Shown piece by piece: positions 34,343 to 44,447 of a DNA stretch of 64,000 nucleotides; position 1 is the stretch's first letter, and every line of letters begins with the position of its first letter. Under the pieces are notes generated by a model. The model worked only from the letters and a program-made list of their open reading frames with translations. It was not told the DNA's origin and ran no database searches. The position numbers and the translations under genes are program-made. This stretch comes from an uncultured Gammaproteobacteria bacterium (GTDB lineage Bacteria > Patescibacteriota > Microgenomatia > UBA8517), in contig CAZOVJ010000001.1 of NCBI GenBank assembly GCA_964583685.1, forward strand, positions 196,033 through 260,032. Direction: 5' to 3'.

Positions 34343-35233
34343 ATGGAAATTCCCGAGACATATATAAAGATACCCAACCTTAGAAATTTGGGAAAGATGC
34401 TCCTTCCAGTACTATTTGTTGTTTTTTTATTTCTTTCCTCGTTTCGTGTGATTGGCGCTGGAGAGGTTGGTGTGGTCACAAGATTTGGAAGAGTTACAGG
34501 AAGGGTTTTAGAACCAGGAGCACATCTTATAATTCCTGTTGTTGAAAGAACTTCGAATTACAATACAAAAAAGATAATCTACGAGACTACAGCGTCTGAC
34601 AAACAACAATATTCTGAAGCTGATTACAAAGATTTTCCGGTGGATACAAACACAGAAGATGGTCAACAAGTCGATATCTTCTATACTGTCAGGTTTAATA
34701 TCGACCCAACTAAAGCTGCTTGGGTAGCACAAAATATCGGACCAGAAATAGCTCTGGTTGAAAAAGTGGTAAAAACTGAAAGCAGGATTTGGGCGAGGAA
34801 TGTTCCAAGAAGGTTTTCTGCAGAGACTTTGTATACAGGGGATGGATCAATTCAAGTGCAAAACCAGATATTTGATGCCCTCAAAAACACTTTTGAAGAA
34901 AATGGATTAATTTTGGATTCTGTTGGTATAAGAGAAATCAAATTTACAGAACAATATATAGGTGCAATCGAAGCAAAGCAAATCGAAGCGGTGAAAGTTG
35001 AAACTGAAAAAAACAAAGCAGAACAAGCGAAATTCCAGAAGGAGGCTAGAATTACACAAGCTGAAGGACAAGCTCAAGAACAAAGATTACAAAGAGAAAC
35101 TCTAAATGCGCAAGTTTTAGAAAAGATTAAACTGGATAATCAAAAGGCGTTTATAGATAAATGGAATGGTGTAATGCCGAGAATTGTCGGAGCCGAAGGA
35201 ACACTTTTTGACGTAAGTAGTTTCTTTGAATAA
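34343..35233 (+). CDS. SPFH/prohibitin family protein
   Basis: GEVGVVTRFG, AIEAKQ, AEGQA. Confidence 0.88.
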   Translation: MEIPETYIKIPNLRNLGKMLLPVLFVVFLFLSSFRVIGAGEVGVVTRFGRVTGRVLEPGAHLIIPVVERTSNYNTKKIIYETTASDKQQYSEADYKDFPVDTNTEDGQQVDIFYTVRFNIDPTKAAWVAQNIGPEIALVEKVVKTESRIWARNVPRRFSAETLYTGDGSIQVQNQIFDALKNTFEENGLILDSVGIREIKFTEQYIGAIEAKQIEAVKVETEKNKAEQAKFQKEARITQAEGQAQEQRLQRETLNAQVLEKIKLDNQKAFIDKWNGVMPRIVGAEGTLFDVSSFFE

Positions 35234-35271
35234 ATAGCTTCATGGAGTATAATTCGTAAGCTAAGGAAATT

Positions 35272-35700
35272 ATGAGGAGTTACAATCAAAACAATAAGTC
35301 GGGTGGTGGAAGATATGGAGGAGATTTTCGTAGGCGTGACACTGGGCGTAGGAGAATGTACAAAGCGGTGTGTGACGAATGCGGAAAAGACTGTGAAGTT
35401 CCTTTTAAGCCAAGTGGAGATAAGCCAATATATTGTAGTGACTGTTTTGAAAAGAAGGGTGGCGGAAGTTTAAAAAGATCAAGTCGAAGAAGCACTGGAA
35501 GATCTGGTTTTGGAAAAAGAGATGATACAAATAAACAGTTATTAGAGCAAGTCAGTTCCCTAAATACGAAACTTGATAGAATTCTTAGAGTGCTTGAGTC
35601 GAGCGTTGAAAAGAAACCAGTTTCAAAAAAAACTGGGGTTAAGAAAGTAGTAAAAAAGGCTACCTCCAAAAAAGTTAAGAAATCCACGCCGAAAGATTAA
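35272..35700 (+). CDS. CxxC-x17-CxxC zinc-ribbon protein
   Basis: CDECG..CEVPFKP..KPIYCSDCF. Confidence 0.85.
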   Translation: MRSYNQNNKSGGGRYGGDFRRRDTGRRRMYKAVCDECGKDCEVPFKPSGDKPIYCSDCFEKKGGGSLKRSSRRSTGRSGFGKRDDTNKQLLEQVSSLNTKLDRILRVLESSVEKKPVSKKTGVKKVVKKATSKKVKKSTPKD

Positions 35701-35805
35701 AAAGATTACACCAGGAGTGTATAAATAGCCTTGTCGTCTTGCCCCAATATGGCTTATAATAAACACAGTCTTCGTTATCCCATAATTGTGTGGATTAGCG
35801 GGTTT

Positions 35806-36390
35806 ATGAGTAGGAAAAAAACCTTTGATTGGACAGAGTTCTGGCGAGAACGCCCGTTCATTTGGGTAAAACTGTTCTCTTGGTATGAATCTAAAGTTTG
35901 TCTTCGGCTTTTCAAAGTCTTAGATGTTAAAACTTGTTTGGAGCTTGGCGGTGGGCCGGGTTATTTGGCAAAATTAGTTGCCCAGAGGCTGAGGTATAAG
36001 TTGACTCTTGTTGAAAACGACCCAGAAGCTTACAAACTTTTTAAAAAGCATTCTAATTTTGGCCACTATGTTTTCCAAGATTTTTTCAAATACAAGCCCC
36101 AGGAAAAATTTGATCTTGTTTTCAGCTTCGGGGTTATCGAACACTATCCTGATAAGAAAAGAAGATTGGAGGCGATTCGAGTTCATCAAAGACTCTCTAA
36201 TAAATATGTGGCTATTTTTGTTCCCAAGAACTCCTTTTTTGTCAGACACTTTTTCCACTACCCAGAAGAAAAAGGATTTGAAAAATTATATATGCCAGAA
36301 GAACTTAAAGACGAATTAGAGAAGGTTGGACTTAAAACTATTAAGTTTGCCCAGAACTACCACGCAATCGGCTATTTGTGTCAAATTTAA
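35806..36390 (+). CDS. class I SAM-dependent methyltransferase
   Basis: LELGGGPG, FDLVFSFGVIEH. Confidence 0.82.
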   Translation: MSRKKTFDWTEFWRERPFIWVKLFSWYESKVCLRLFKVLDVKTCLELGGGPGYLAKLVAQRLRYKLTLVENDPEAYKLFKKHSNFGHYVFQDFFKYKPQEKFDLVFSFGVIEHYPDKKRRLEAIRVHQRLSNKYVAIFVPKNSFFVRHFFHYPEEKGFEKLYMPEELKDELEKVGLKTIKFAQNYHAIGYLCQI

Positions 36391-36421
36391 AAAGAAGCTT
36401 TGAAAAGATATGGGTTTTCTC

Positions 36422-37744
36422 TTATTTCCTAATAACTGTGTAGGAAATGGGGTGGAAAAGAAAGACGGCCGGCGAATCCTCTACTAAAAATCTTTGAAAA
36501 TCAAGATAGATTTTTTTCCGTTCTTCTTGGTCTAATTCCAAACGTCCGTCTTCTAATAATTTATCAATTCGGGGATTTGAGTAGTTTGAAATATTTGTTT
36601 CACTTTGGCTGGAATGCCAGGTAGGATATTGGTCCGGGTCCCTGGGAATATCATATATGGCTAAAAAAGCCTGATATTCTTCGGGTAAGATAGAGGTGAC
36701 TTGGACAGTTGTTTTAATTCCCACCCGTTCCCAGTTATCGGCAATTTTTTCCGCGATATCTAGAAGAACCGGTGTTGTTGCCAACTTAATATTTAGATTT
36801 TCTCTTAATTCTTGGGGCTGATCCGTTATCAACTCTTGGGCTCGTCCCTGGTTGAAATTGTAGGGTTTGGTTTGAGAATTATAAGCCCAAGAATTTGATG
36901 ATAATGGTCCAAGAGCTCTTTTTTCTTTAAATTGTTTTTTGTCGATCGCATAGGCCAGCGTCTGTCTTAAAGACTTATCAGACAAATATTTATCTTGGAT
37001 ATTGAAAAAGATGGCCACATACTGGTTTTCGTTTATGTTTTGCTTAATTTTAACTGTTTTCCAAATATCAAAAGGGTCGGGATTAATCAAACCCTGAATC
37101 CAGTCTATCTCTCCTAGTTTAAAAGCTAATTTTGTTCTTTCTTCACTGGGATAAAATTTAAATATTCGCTTTTCGCCTTCATTATTTATTAAGACCAGCT
37201 TTTGGACGAAGTTACCGGTCAAGGAAAGCTTGCTCACTTTCCATTCTCCTGAGGCCAAAAGGCCCTTTTTAAAAATAGGTCTAGATACAACAGCAGGGAA
37301 AGGAGCCAGTGGGCTATCTAAAACAAAAACAAGAGTATTTTCATTTGGCCTTTGAATCTCTACATCCTGAAAGTTATATTTAATGTTTTCTGAGCTTATT
37401 CTTTCACCGTCCTGCCAATATTTGTTCTCGCAAAGATGGAAAATCCAGGTTTTACCAGAGTCTGGTGTTTCCCAATTTTCAGCTAAGCCCGGAATGACCT
37501 GCCCAGTGGCATCGATGTTTGTTAATCCCTCTCCGATTTGACTTGAGATTATTAGAGGTAGTTCTTCTGGGTGAAACCTACCGCTTACTCCAATCTTTGT
37601 TGTTTTTTTAAGAAATATTGGAGAAAGAAATTTCAAAAAAACAAAAGAGATAAAGCCCAACAATATTCCCAGTAAGATGATTCCCTTAAACCTGGGAATA
37701 AAGGTGGAGAACAGTTTAACTAGATAGCGTATGCTAAACATCAA
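36422..37744 (-). CDS. ABC substrate-binding protein, family 5 (OppA-like)
   Basis: PGLAENW...GKTWIFHL...WQDG; WHSSQ...N. Confidence 0.85.
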   Translation of the reverse strand: MMFSIRYLVKLFSTFIPRFKGIILLGILLGFISFVFLKFLSPIFLKKTTKIGVSGRFHPEELPLIISSQIGEGLTNIDATGQVIPGLAENWETPDSGKTWIFHLCENKYWQDGERISSENIKYNFQDVEIQRPNENTLVFVLDSPLAPFPAVVSRPIFKKGLLASGEWKVSKLSLTGNFVQKLVLINNEGEKRIFKFYPSEERTKLAFKLGEIDWIQGLINPDPFDIWKTVKIKQNINENQYVAIFFNIQDKYLSDKSLRQTLAYAIDKKQFKEKRALGPLSSNSWAYNSQTKPYNFNQGRAQELITDQPQELRENLNIKLATTPVLLDIAEKIADNWERVGIKTTVQVTSILPEEYQAFLAIYDIPRDPDQYPTWHSSQSETNISNYSNPRIDKLLEDGRLELDQEERKKIYLDFQRFLVEDSPAVFLFHPISYTVIRK

Positions 37745-37959
37745 AAGGCAATCATCTGGAGCACTGAAGCAAGAATAAAGAGAAAAGCAAGGACAAAGGT
37801 CAATTTAAAAATTAGACCTTCTAACCCTCGTCTGGAAAATGAAGTTAGTTCCTTACCCCAAACCCGACCTAGACCAGTTCCCCGGACTTGTACGAGTATA
37901 AAAACAGAAAGAATTAAGGCGGTGATAATTTGAAAAAACAAAAGCAGATTAGCCATCAC
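37741..37959 (-). CDS. secG: preprotein translocase SecG
   Basis: ILVQVRGTGLG...RRGLE, two TMs. Confidence 0.85.
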   Translation of the reverse strand: MMANLLLFFQIITALILSVFILVQVRGTGLGRVWGKELTSFSRRGLEGLIFKLTFVLAFLFILASVLQMIAF

Positions 37960-37980
37960 TTTAATTATTATACCTGATTT

Positions 37981-38385
37981 TTAGTCAATCAGCCAATAAA
38001 TGAAGCTAGTAATAAAGGAAATTGGTAAGGAAAAGGCTATATATGAAAATACTCCGGCTGGAAAGGAAAGCGAAGGAAAATTAAAAAATGCAGAAGAAAA
38101 ACCGCCAAAGTAAAAGCTGTTAATTGTTATTTGGGTTAAAACCATGTCCACCAAGAAAAGGGTTACGGCATTACTCACCCATCTAAAAAAGCCAAAGGTA
38201 ACCAAATTCAGAGGAAGTAAGAGAAGGTTGATTATTGGTCGAGCCAAAAGACTGGCTAAGGCTAAGGCCGCACCGACCAAAAAGATGTCTTGGTTTCCTC
38301 TCTCAAAAATAATTCCCCTGGTCATTTCTGAAACCAGATACAGAGCAAAGATTTCTACGCTAAAAATTCTTAAGATTCTCTTCAC
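37981..38385 (-). CDS. phage holin family (YvlD-like) membrane protein
   Basis: RPIINLLLLPLNLVTFGFF..VSNA. Confidence 0.8.
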   Translation of the reverse strand: MKRILRIFSVEIFALYLVSEMTRGIIFERGNQDIFLVGAALALASLLARPIINLLLLPLNLVTFGFFRWVSNAVTLFLVDMVLTQITINSFYFGGFSSAFFNFPSLSFPAGVFSYIAFSLPISFITSFIYWLID

Positions 38386-40199
38386 TTCTTTTTAAAAACC
38401 AATCTATTTAAAATATACACTACAAGAAGAGTGAAAAACAAAATTAAAAATACAAAAATCAAGCTCGTAATTAGCATCATGTGTTTGTTTGTTGGTACAA
38501 CTACTTGTTGTTCGGCAATAACTATTGATAGATTATTGGGAGTTTTTTCTCCGAACAAGCTAAAAGGAACGTTAATCGGTATTCTTTCTACCCCATAAGG
38601 TGGCAGTAGCTCAATATTTTGCGTGAATGATTCTTGGTTGTCAAAAAGGATTTTTACAGTTTGATTGTAAAAAGCAACTGGACCCGTATTTTTAATTTCA
38701 GCAATAAGCTGGACATCGTGGAATGGTATGCTCCTTTTGCTTGTTGCTATAATCTGAGGAAGACTAGTTCTTTTTTCCGGTAGTTGTCCGAAGGTGATAA
38801 AAACATCTTTTTGGGGATTGGGCCCTAATTTATAGGAGCCAGCAGGATAAGGGTAGTGGGGATTTTTGCCGTGAACTACAAAGCTAAAGTGTCTAAGGTC
38901 AAGCTTTGAAAAAAAATCTACGCCGGCAGTGGTATTTCCCCAGGTAGGATCAACTGGAGTCCAAACTCCCAATTCTTTGTTCCAGTACTCAGGCCAGGAA
39001 TGAAGAACATCGGCAACCAAAGATAAGGGTTCTATTGATGGATTTTCAGTATAGGCAAAACCGTTAATTTCTCGGGCTGGAATGCCAGCCGCCCGAGCAA
39101 GGGCGATAAAAAGGTCGGTAAATTCAGTACAAATTGCCTCTTTAGGATTATCAAGGGCCGCTTTGGCCCCCAACCTTTCACTATTCGGCTTAACTCGCTC
39201 ATAACTATAACTAAGAGTTGAGGTTACAAAGTTATATATTGCTTTTGGTGTCTGAAGATTTTCCGCCAACTTTTTAATTTGCGGGTCATTAACTTGCCAA
39301 ACCTCGGTCTCTTTTTTGTTTTCTTCTAGAATATTGAGTGGAGATTTGGGAAATTCCCTTGCCATAGCAAAAATTTGGACTAGTCCGTTTACTTGCACGT
39401 CAACCCGTTCACGGGGCTTTAATTTATAGATAGCCAACCAATTACCCTCTTCATCGTTATAGACTCTCTCAGGTTCCGGACTGATTTTTTGATAATTGAG
39501 TTTTTGGAATGCCGTATCCGGAGGTATGGCAATTTCCACAAAAGCTTGTTTGTTTAAAGGATTTTCAAGATGGTAGGTTAGGTCAAAAGAAAATACCTGG
39601 AACTTACCAAAAGCAGCACTTACACCTTTGTCCTTGATTCTTTCTTTGTCAAAGTAAAAAACCCTTTTTTGGGCAGTCTGACTAGTACGCGAGGCTTGGG
39701 GAGAGATGTATGCTAACTGGTCAAAAGATAGAGGCACAGTCAACATTACGAAGTAAGATTTATAAGAACCGGTATCTGTATGTTTGGGAATAGAAATCTC
39801 CCAGATTTCTCCGGTCCTGGTTGCAATAGAACTGTTTTCAAAAACAAGCTGAAACTGACGCTTTTCCCCTTTGCCAACTAGGGCATCGCTAAAATCAATT
39901 TTAAGAATAACACTACCGTCTGTATTTTCACTTACTTTTAAATCAAGAGCTTGGGAACCTTGAAAGGCCCTGGGGTTTTTGGGTTTCAGGCCTTCTAGAT
40001 AAAGACTATAACTTGTGGCATAAAGATTTGAGAATAGATTGGTTAAGCTTATTTTGTGGGTTATGGTTGTTACTCCCCGTTCGTCAATGTCATAATTTAC
40101 CTCAATATCGGTTGAGAATTCTGATTGGGCCTTGAGTGAAGTAGGCAGAAGAAAAAAACAGGCAAAAAAAAGGCAAAAAAATTTTAGTCTTCTGAGCAT
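38382..40199 (-). CDS. transglutaminase-domain surface protein
   Basis: signal peptide; CTEFTDLF..LARAAGIPAR, HSWPE, DPTW; C-terminal TM. Confidence 0.88.
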   Translation of the reverse strand: MLRRLKFFCLFFACFFLLPTSLKAQSEFSTDIEVNYDIDERGVTTITHKISLTNLFSNLYATSYSLYLEGLKPKNPRAFQGSQALDLKVSENTDGSVILKIDFSDALVGKGEKRQFQLVFENSSIATRTGEIWEISIPKHTDTGSYKSYFVMLTVPLSFDQLAYISPQASRTSQTAQKRVFYFDKERIKDKGVSAAFGKFQVFSFDLTYHLENPLNKQAFVEIAIPPDTAFQKLNYQKISPEPERVYNDEEGNWLAIYKLKPRERVDVQVNGLVQIFAMAREFPKSPLNILEENKKETEVWQVNDPQIKKLAENLQTPKAIYNFVTSTLSYSYERVKPNSERLGAKAALDNPKEAICTEFTDLFIALARAAGIPAREINGFAYTENPSIEPLSLVADVLHSWPEYWNKELGVWTPVDPTWGNTTAGVDFFSKLDLRHFSFVVHGKNPHYPYPAGSYKLGPNPQKDVFITFGQLPEKRTSLPQIIATSKRSIPFHDVQLIAEIKNTGPVAFYNQTVKILFDNQESFTQNIELLPPYGVERIPINVPFSLFGEKTPNNLSIVIAEQQVVVPTNKHMMLITSLIFVFLILFFTLLVVYILNRLVFKKK

Positions 40200-40243
40200 T
40201 AAAATTAGTATAAGCTAAATCTTCTTTCTAGTGAAACTGGCAC

Positions 40244-40273
40244 TTGACAACATTCGGGTTTTATTTGTAAATT
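40244..40273 (+). promoter_or_regulatory. lexA promoter with putative auto-operator
   Basis: TTGACA...TAAATT; TTCGG-GTTTTA-TTTGT at 40253-40268. Confidence 0.5.
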
Positions 40274-40280
40274 GGAAAGG

Positions 40281-40904
40281 ATGGCTTTAGTAATTTATAA
40301 AAGACAAAAGCAGATTTTAAATTTTCTTAAACAGTATATCCAAACTCACGGTGTGGCTCCAACATTGAAGCAGATTGCCGATGCCCTAGAAGTATCTTCT
40401 CTGGCAACTGTTCACGAACATCTAAGTGCTCTTGAGGCAAAGGGTTTTATCAAGAGAAAAGCAGGAAAAGTAAGGTCAATTGTTTTAGTAAATCAGAATT
40501 TTAATTTTTCCGGAACTGAAGTGATAGAAACACCTATATTAGGATTCATTGCCGCCGGGAAGCCAATAGAGCCATACACCGACCCAAATGCAACTTTAAG
40601 AATTTCTCCTTCATTTGTTTCAGATAAGAAGAATACTTATGTTTTACAAGTCCGTGGTGATTCGATGATTGAGGAACAAATCAGAGACGGTGACTTTGTC
40701 GTTATAGAGCAAACAGAACAGGCGAAAAATGGAGATATAGTTGTTGCCCTTTTAGATAATGGAATGGCTACCTTAAAAAGATTCTTTAGGGAAGCGACAA
40801 GAGTTAGATTAGAACCGGCTAATTCACAAATGAGTCCGATGTTTGTCAAAAAGGTCCACATTCAAGGAAAAGTTGTTGGATTGATTAGAAAGTATGCTAA
40901 TTAA
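40281..40904 (+). CDS. lexA: LexA repressor
   Basis: wHTH, IAAG cleavage site, GDSM, TLKR. Confidence 0.95.
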   Translation: MALVIYKRQKQILNFLKQYIQTHGVAPTLKQIADALEVSSLATVHEHLSALEAKGFIKRKAGKVRSIVLVNQNFNFSGTEVIETPILGFIAAGKPIEPYTDPNATLRISPSFVSDKKNTYVLQVRGDSMIEEQIRDGDFVVIEQTEQAKNGDIVVALLDNGMATLKRFFREATRVRLEPANSQMSPMFVKKVHIQGKVVGLIRKYAN

Positions 40905-41527
40905 GTCTTTTTGTGTTTGAGGTGGGTACGAATATAGAAGATAACGGCCAAAATTCCCAGGCCGATAATGACAAATTGGAACTTCCTAAAGTAGGGCTCG
41001 ACAACCAGCCAGTTCTGACCAAATTTCACTCCTAACCAGGCCAAAAATGCGGACCAAATAAGAGAACCGCTAAAAGTGAGCAAACAAAATAAAGGTAAAT
41101 TCATTTTGGTTATTCCGGCTGGTAATGAGATGAAGGTACGAACGACCGGTAACAGTCGTGAGCCGAAAGCAACCATCTGTCCGTATTTCTGGAACCATGA
41201 TTTTGCCTTATCATAATCTTTTTCTCTGATAAGTAGCCATTTTCCCCACTTATCAATGGCCATCCGTACCCAACTTTCTCCCTTGACTGCCCCTAGCCAG
41301 TAAGCAAGTAATGAACCAATAAGATTGCCTAGTGCGCCGACAAAAACTATTGAAAAGAAATTTAGGACTCCCCTTCCGGCCAAGAAACCGGCAAAGCACA
41401 TAGTAACTTCAGAGGGTATGGGAATTAAAGCTGACTCAGCCGTCATCAATATCAAGACAGCCCAAAGCCCGTAAAGGTCGATTAGATGAGTCAAATTGTC
41501 AATAATGATTTTGCTTATGTCTGCCAT
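40901..41527 (-). CDS. DedA family membrane protein
   Basis: ES..IPIPSE, RLLPVVRTFISLPAG. Confidence 0.92.
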   Translation of the reverse strand: MADISKIIIDNLTHLIDLYGLWAVLILMTAESALIPIPSEVTMCFAGFLAGRGVLNFFSIVFVGALGNLIGSLLAYWLGAVKGESWVRMAIDKWGKWLLIREKDYDKAKSWFQKYGQMVAFGSRLLPVVRTFISLPAGITKMNLPLFCLLTFSGSLIWSAFLAWLGVKFGQNWLVVEPYFRKFQFVIIGLGILAVIFYIRTHLKHKKT

Positions 41528-43182
41528 ATGCCTTGAAGTAAATTTCTTCCTGTCATACTCAAAGGAGCTTTTAAAGATAAAAGCTTGAGAACTGTTGGGG
41601 CTATATCGGCAAGAATACCTGTAGCTAAGGTTTGAGGCCGGCCCAAGAATTGTTGAGAAACAGCAATGAAGGGAACCGGGTTGTCACTATGCTCAGTATC
41701 AATTTCTCCAGTTTGACTATTGATCATCTCTTCCACATTTCCGTGGTCAGCGGTGATGAGGAGAACTCCTTGGTAGCCAAGAACAAAGTGGGCAATTTTG
41801 CCAAGGCATTCATCAGTTATTTCACAGGCTTTTACGGCCGGTCCAATACTACCTGTATGCCCTACCATGTCCGGATTGGGGTAATTGACCAAGATAAACG
41901 AGTACTCCAGGGATTTTAGGCGTTCCAATAGTTTATTTGTCAATTCAACAGCTGACATCTCTGGTTGAAGGTCATAGGTGGCCACTTTGGGAGAAGGAAC
42001 GATTAACCTGTCTTCTCCAGGAAAAGGGTTTTCTCTTTGACCGTTAAAATAGTAAGTTACAAAACGTTCTTTTTCCGACTCAGTAGCCCTCAATTGTCTA
42101 AGGTTTGCATCAGCCACCACCCGACCCAAAGGCAAATCTATTCTTTCCGGCTGGATGGCCACTTTTGCACCGGCTTTTATCAAGGAACGGCTGTATTCGG
42201 TCATGGTAGCGAAATAAAGGTTTTCAAGAAGTTTACCCCTTTTAAAAATAGGCAGAGCTTTTCCTTTGCTGGGAATGCTCGTTTTTTTATATTTTTCCAA
42301 AAAAGGGTCAAAATCCAATTCCAGGCTACCGATGGAGAAATCCTTAACGATAAAGGCAGCAGTTAGCTGCCTTGGTCTGTCAATTCGAAAATTTAAGAAA
42401 ACAACCGCGTCATTATCCTTTATTAAGGCTAAAGGATTGCCTTGAGAGTCGCACATTAAGGATGGTTCTATAAATTCGTCTGTTTGGCCCTCAGCATAGG
42501 AAAAATCGATTGCTTCTTCGGGGGTTTTTACTAAACGACCTTGGCCCTGGGTTAGGGCAAAGTAAGCCTTGGCAGTTCTTTCCCAGCGCCTATCTCTATC
42601 CATGGCCCAATATCTCCCTATGATGGAGGCGATTTCACCAATACCTTCTTTTTTGATTACCTCTCGAAGTCTAGCAATGTAAGTCTTTGCCGCCGTTGGC
42701 GGCGAATCTCTTCCATCAGTAAAAAGATGTAAAAATACTCTTTTGCATCCTCGTTCTTTAGCTAGGTTAATCAGAGCGAAAAGATGTTCTATGTTGGAAT
42801 GGACGCCGCCGGCTCCTATCAAACCCAGGTAGTGTAAGTGAGAGTTATTCTTCTTGGCATGCTCGATTGCTTCTATAAGAATTGGATTTTTGAAAAAACT
42901 GCCATCAGCTATTGACATGTTAATCCGTTCTAAGTCTTGGTAAACAATTCTGCCGGCACCGAGGTTTAGATGGCCTGTTTCACTGTTTCCTGCCTCTTTT
43001 CTGGGTAATCCAACCGCCCTTCCGGAAGCCAGGAGTTGAGCATGAGGAAAAGAAGCCCAAAAGCGATCCATGTTGACAGTTCTAGCTAGGGTTACCGCAT
43101 TACCCGGACCTTGAGGAGCAATACCCCATCCATCAAGAACAAGCAAACAAACAAATTTATGCGGCCTGTTTGGGGTTTTCAT
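41515..43182 (-). CDS. gpmI: 2,3-BPG-independent phosphoglycerate mutase
   Basis: LDGWG, GNSETGH, DGRD, NPDMVGHTG, TADHGN. Confidence 0.95.
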   Translation of the reverse strand: MKTPNRPHKFVCLLVLDGWGIAPQGPGNAVTLARTVNMDRFWASFPHAQLLASGRAVGLPRKEAGNSETGHLNLGAGRIVYQDLERINMSIADGSFFKNPILIEAIEHAKKNNSHLHYLGLIGAGGVHSNIEHLFALINLAKERGCKRVFLHLFTDGRDSPPTAAKTYIARLREVIKKEGIGEIASIIGRYWAMDRDRRWERTAKAYFALTQGQGRLVKTPEEAIDFSYAEGQTDEFIEPSLMCDSQGNPLALIKDNDAVVFLNFRIDRPRQLTAAFIVKDFSIGSLELDFDPFLEKYKKTSIPSKGKALPIFKRGKLLENLYFATMTEYSRSLIKAGAKVAIQPERIDLPLGRVVADANLRQLRATESEKERFVTYYFNGQRENPFPGEDRLIVPSPKVATYDLQPEMSAVELTNKLLERLKSLEYSFILVNYPNPDMVGHTGSIGPAVKACEITDECLGKIAHFVLGYQGVLLITADHGNVEEMINSQTGEIDTEHSDNPVPFIAVSQQFLGRPQTLATGILADIAPTVLKLLSLKAPLSMTGRNLLQGIWQT

Positions 43183-44447
43183 TTTATACTTTGTAATTCC
43201 AATTCAATGGAACTCAAGCGGTTGTATTTTGCTACCCTTTCACCCCTGGCCGGTGCACCGAATTTGACATAATCAGCTCCGGCTCCTACGGCAAAATCGG
43301 CTATAAACCAGTCATTGGTTTCACCGGACCGGTGAGAGACGATTACTTTCCAACCAACCTCCTTTGCCCTTTTGATAACTTCCAGCGTTTCGCTAATTGT
43401 CCCTACCTGATTTGGTTTAATTAAAATTGCATTACAAGCTTTCTCTTTAATCGCCTTTTCAACTCTTTTGAGGTTGGTAGCCAAAAGGTCATCGCCGACA
43501 ATGATTATTTGATTACCCAAAAGTTGAGAAAGCTTTTTCCAGCCTTCCCAAGAGTTTTCATGAAGAGGGTCCTCTAATATAGCCAGGTGATAAGTATCAT
43601 TGAGCTCTTTGTAATAATCAATCATGGCGTTTTCATCCATGGGAGCTGACTTGTCGCGGATGGAATAAGTGTTGTCTTTAAAGAATATTGAGGCGGCAAC
43701 ATCAAGGCCTAAAAAAACATCTCTGCCAATTTCATAGATTGTTTGTTTGATAGTTTCCACTAGCATCTCTAGGGCATCAGCATTGGTAAAAAGATTGGGA
43801 GCATAGCCCCCTTCATCACCGACTGAATGAATCGCTCCCCTTTGGGCCAGGTTTTCTCCTAAGTTTAAATATATCTCAGCCGCCAGACGCAAACCTAGAC
43901 TAAAGGATTTCGAGGAAGCAGGTATAATCCAGAATTCTTGAAAATCCAAGTTTCCCGCTCCATGTAAGCCTCCGTTTATCATGTTAAAAATAGGTATTGG
44001 TATACCAGTTTTAGGTGTCAAGCCCTTTTTTTGGGCTAATGTGTGAATCCAGTGATAGAGAGTTGTTTGATTGGCCATGGCGCCTACTTTGGCAATTACC
44101 CCGGAAACGGCCAGAATACTATTTGCTCCCAGTTTTGCCTTGTTTTCGCTACCATCAAGTTTTTTCAGGAGAGTGTCAACTTTCTCCTGTTCTGAGGGGT
44201 TGTATCCAACTAAGGCCGGTCCAAGTATTTTATTGACATTATTGACAGCCTTAAGTACACCTTTACCTTTATATTTTTTTTCATCACCATCTCTAAGTTC
44301 TAAAGCCTCATAAGTTCCGATTGAGGCCCCAGAGGGAACAGAGAATACAGCTATCTGGTCACTATCAAGCTGACATGCGGCTTCAATTGTCGGTATACCT
44401 CTTGAGTCAAGAATTTCTCTGGCCCAAATTTCTTTAATTTTGCTCAT
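43179..44447 (-). CDS. eno: enolase
   Basis: ILDSRG, LGANSIL, VSHRSGET, AKYNRL. Confidence 0.96.
   Translation of the reverse strand: MSKIKEIWAREILDSRGIPTIEAACQLDSDQIAVFSVPSGASIGTYEALELRDGDEKKYKGKGVLKAVNNVNKILGPALVGYNPSEQEKVDTLLKKLDGSENKAKLGANSILAVSGVIAKVGAMANQTTLYHWIHTLAQKKGLTPKTGIPIPIFNMINGGLHGAGNLDFQEFWIIPASSKSFSLGLRLAAEIYLNLGENLAQRGAIHSVGDEGGYAPNLFTNADALEMLVETIKQTIYEIGRDVFLGLDVAASIFFKDNTYSIRDKSAPMDENAMIDYYKELNDTYHLAILEDPLHENSWEGWKKLSQLLGNQIIIVGDDLLATNLKRVEKAIKEKACNAILIKPNQVGTISETLEVIKRAKEVGWKVIVSHRSGETNDWFIADFAVGAGADYVKFGAPARGERVAKYNRLSSIELELQSIK

Noticed and set aside
42689-42703. GCCGCC-GTT-GGCGGC palindrome in gpmI as an insertion
   Set aside because: Encodes the normal DGRD-x-x-P region with no apparent length change
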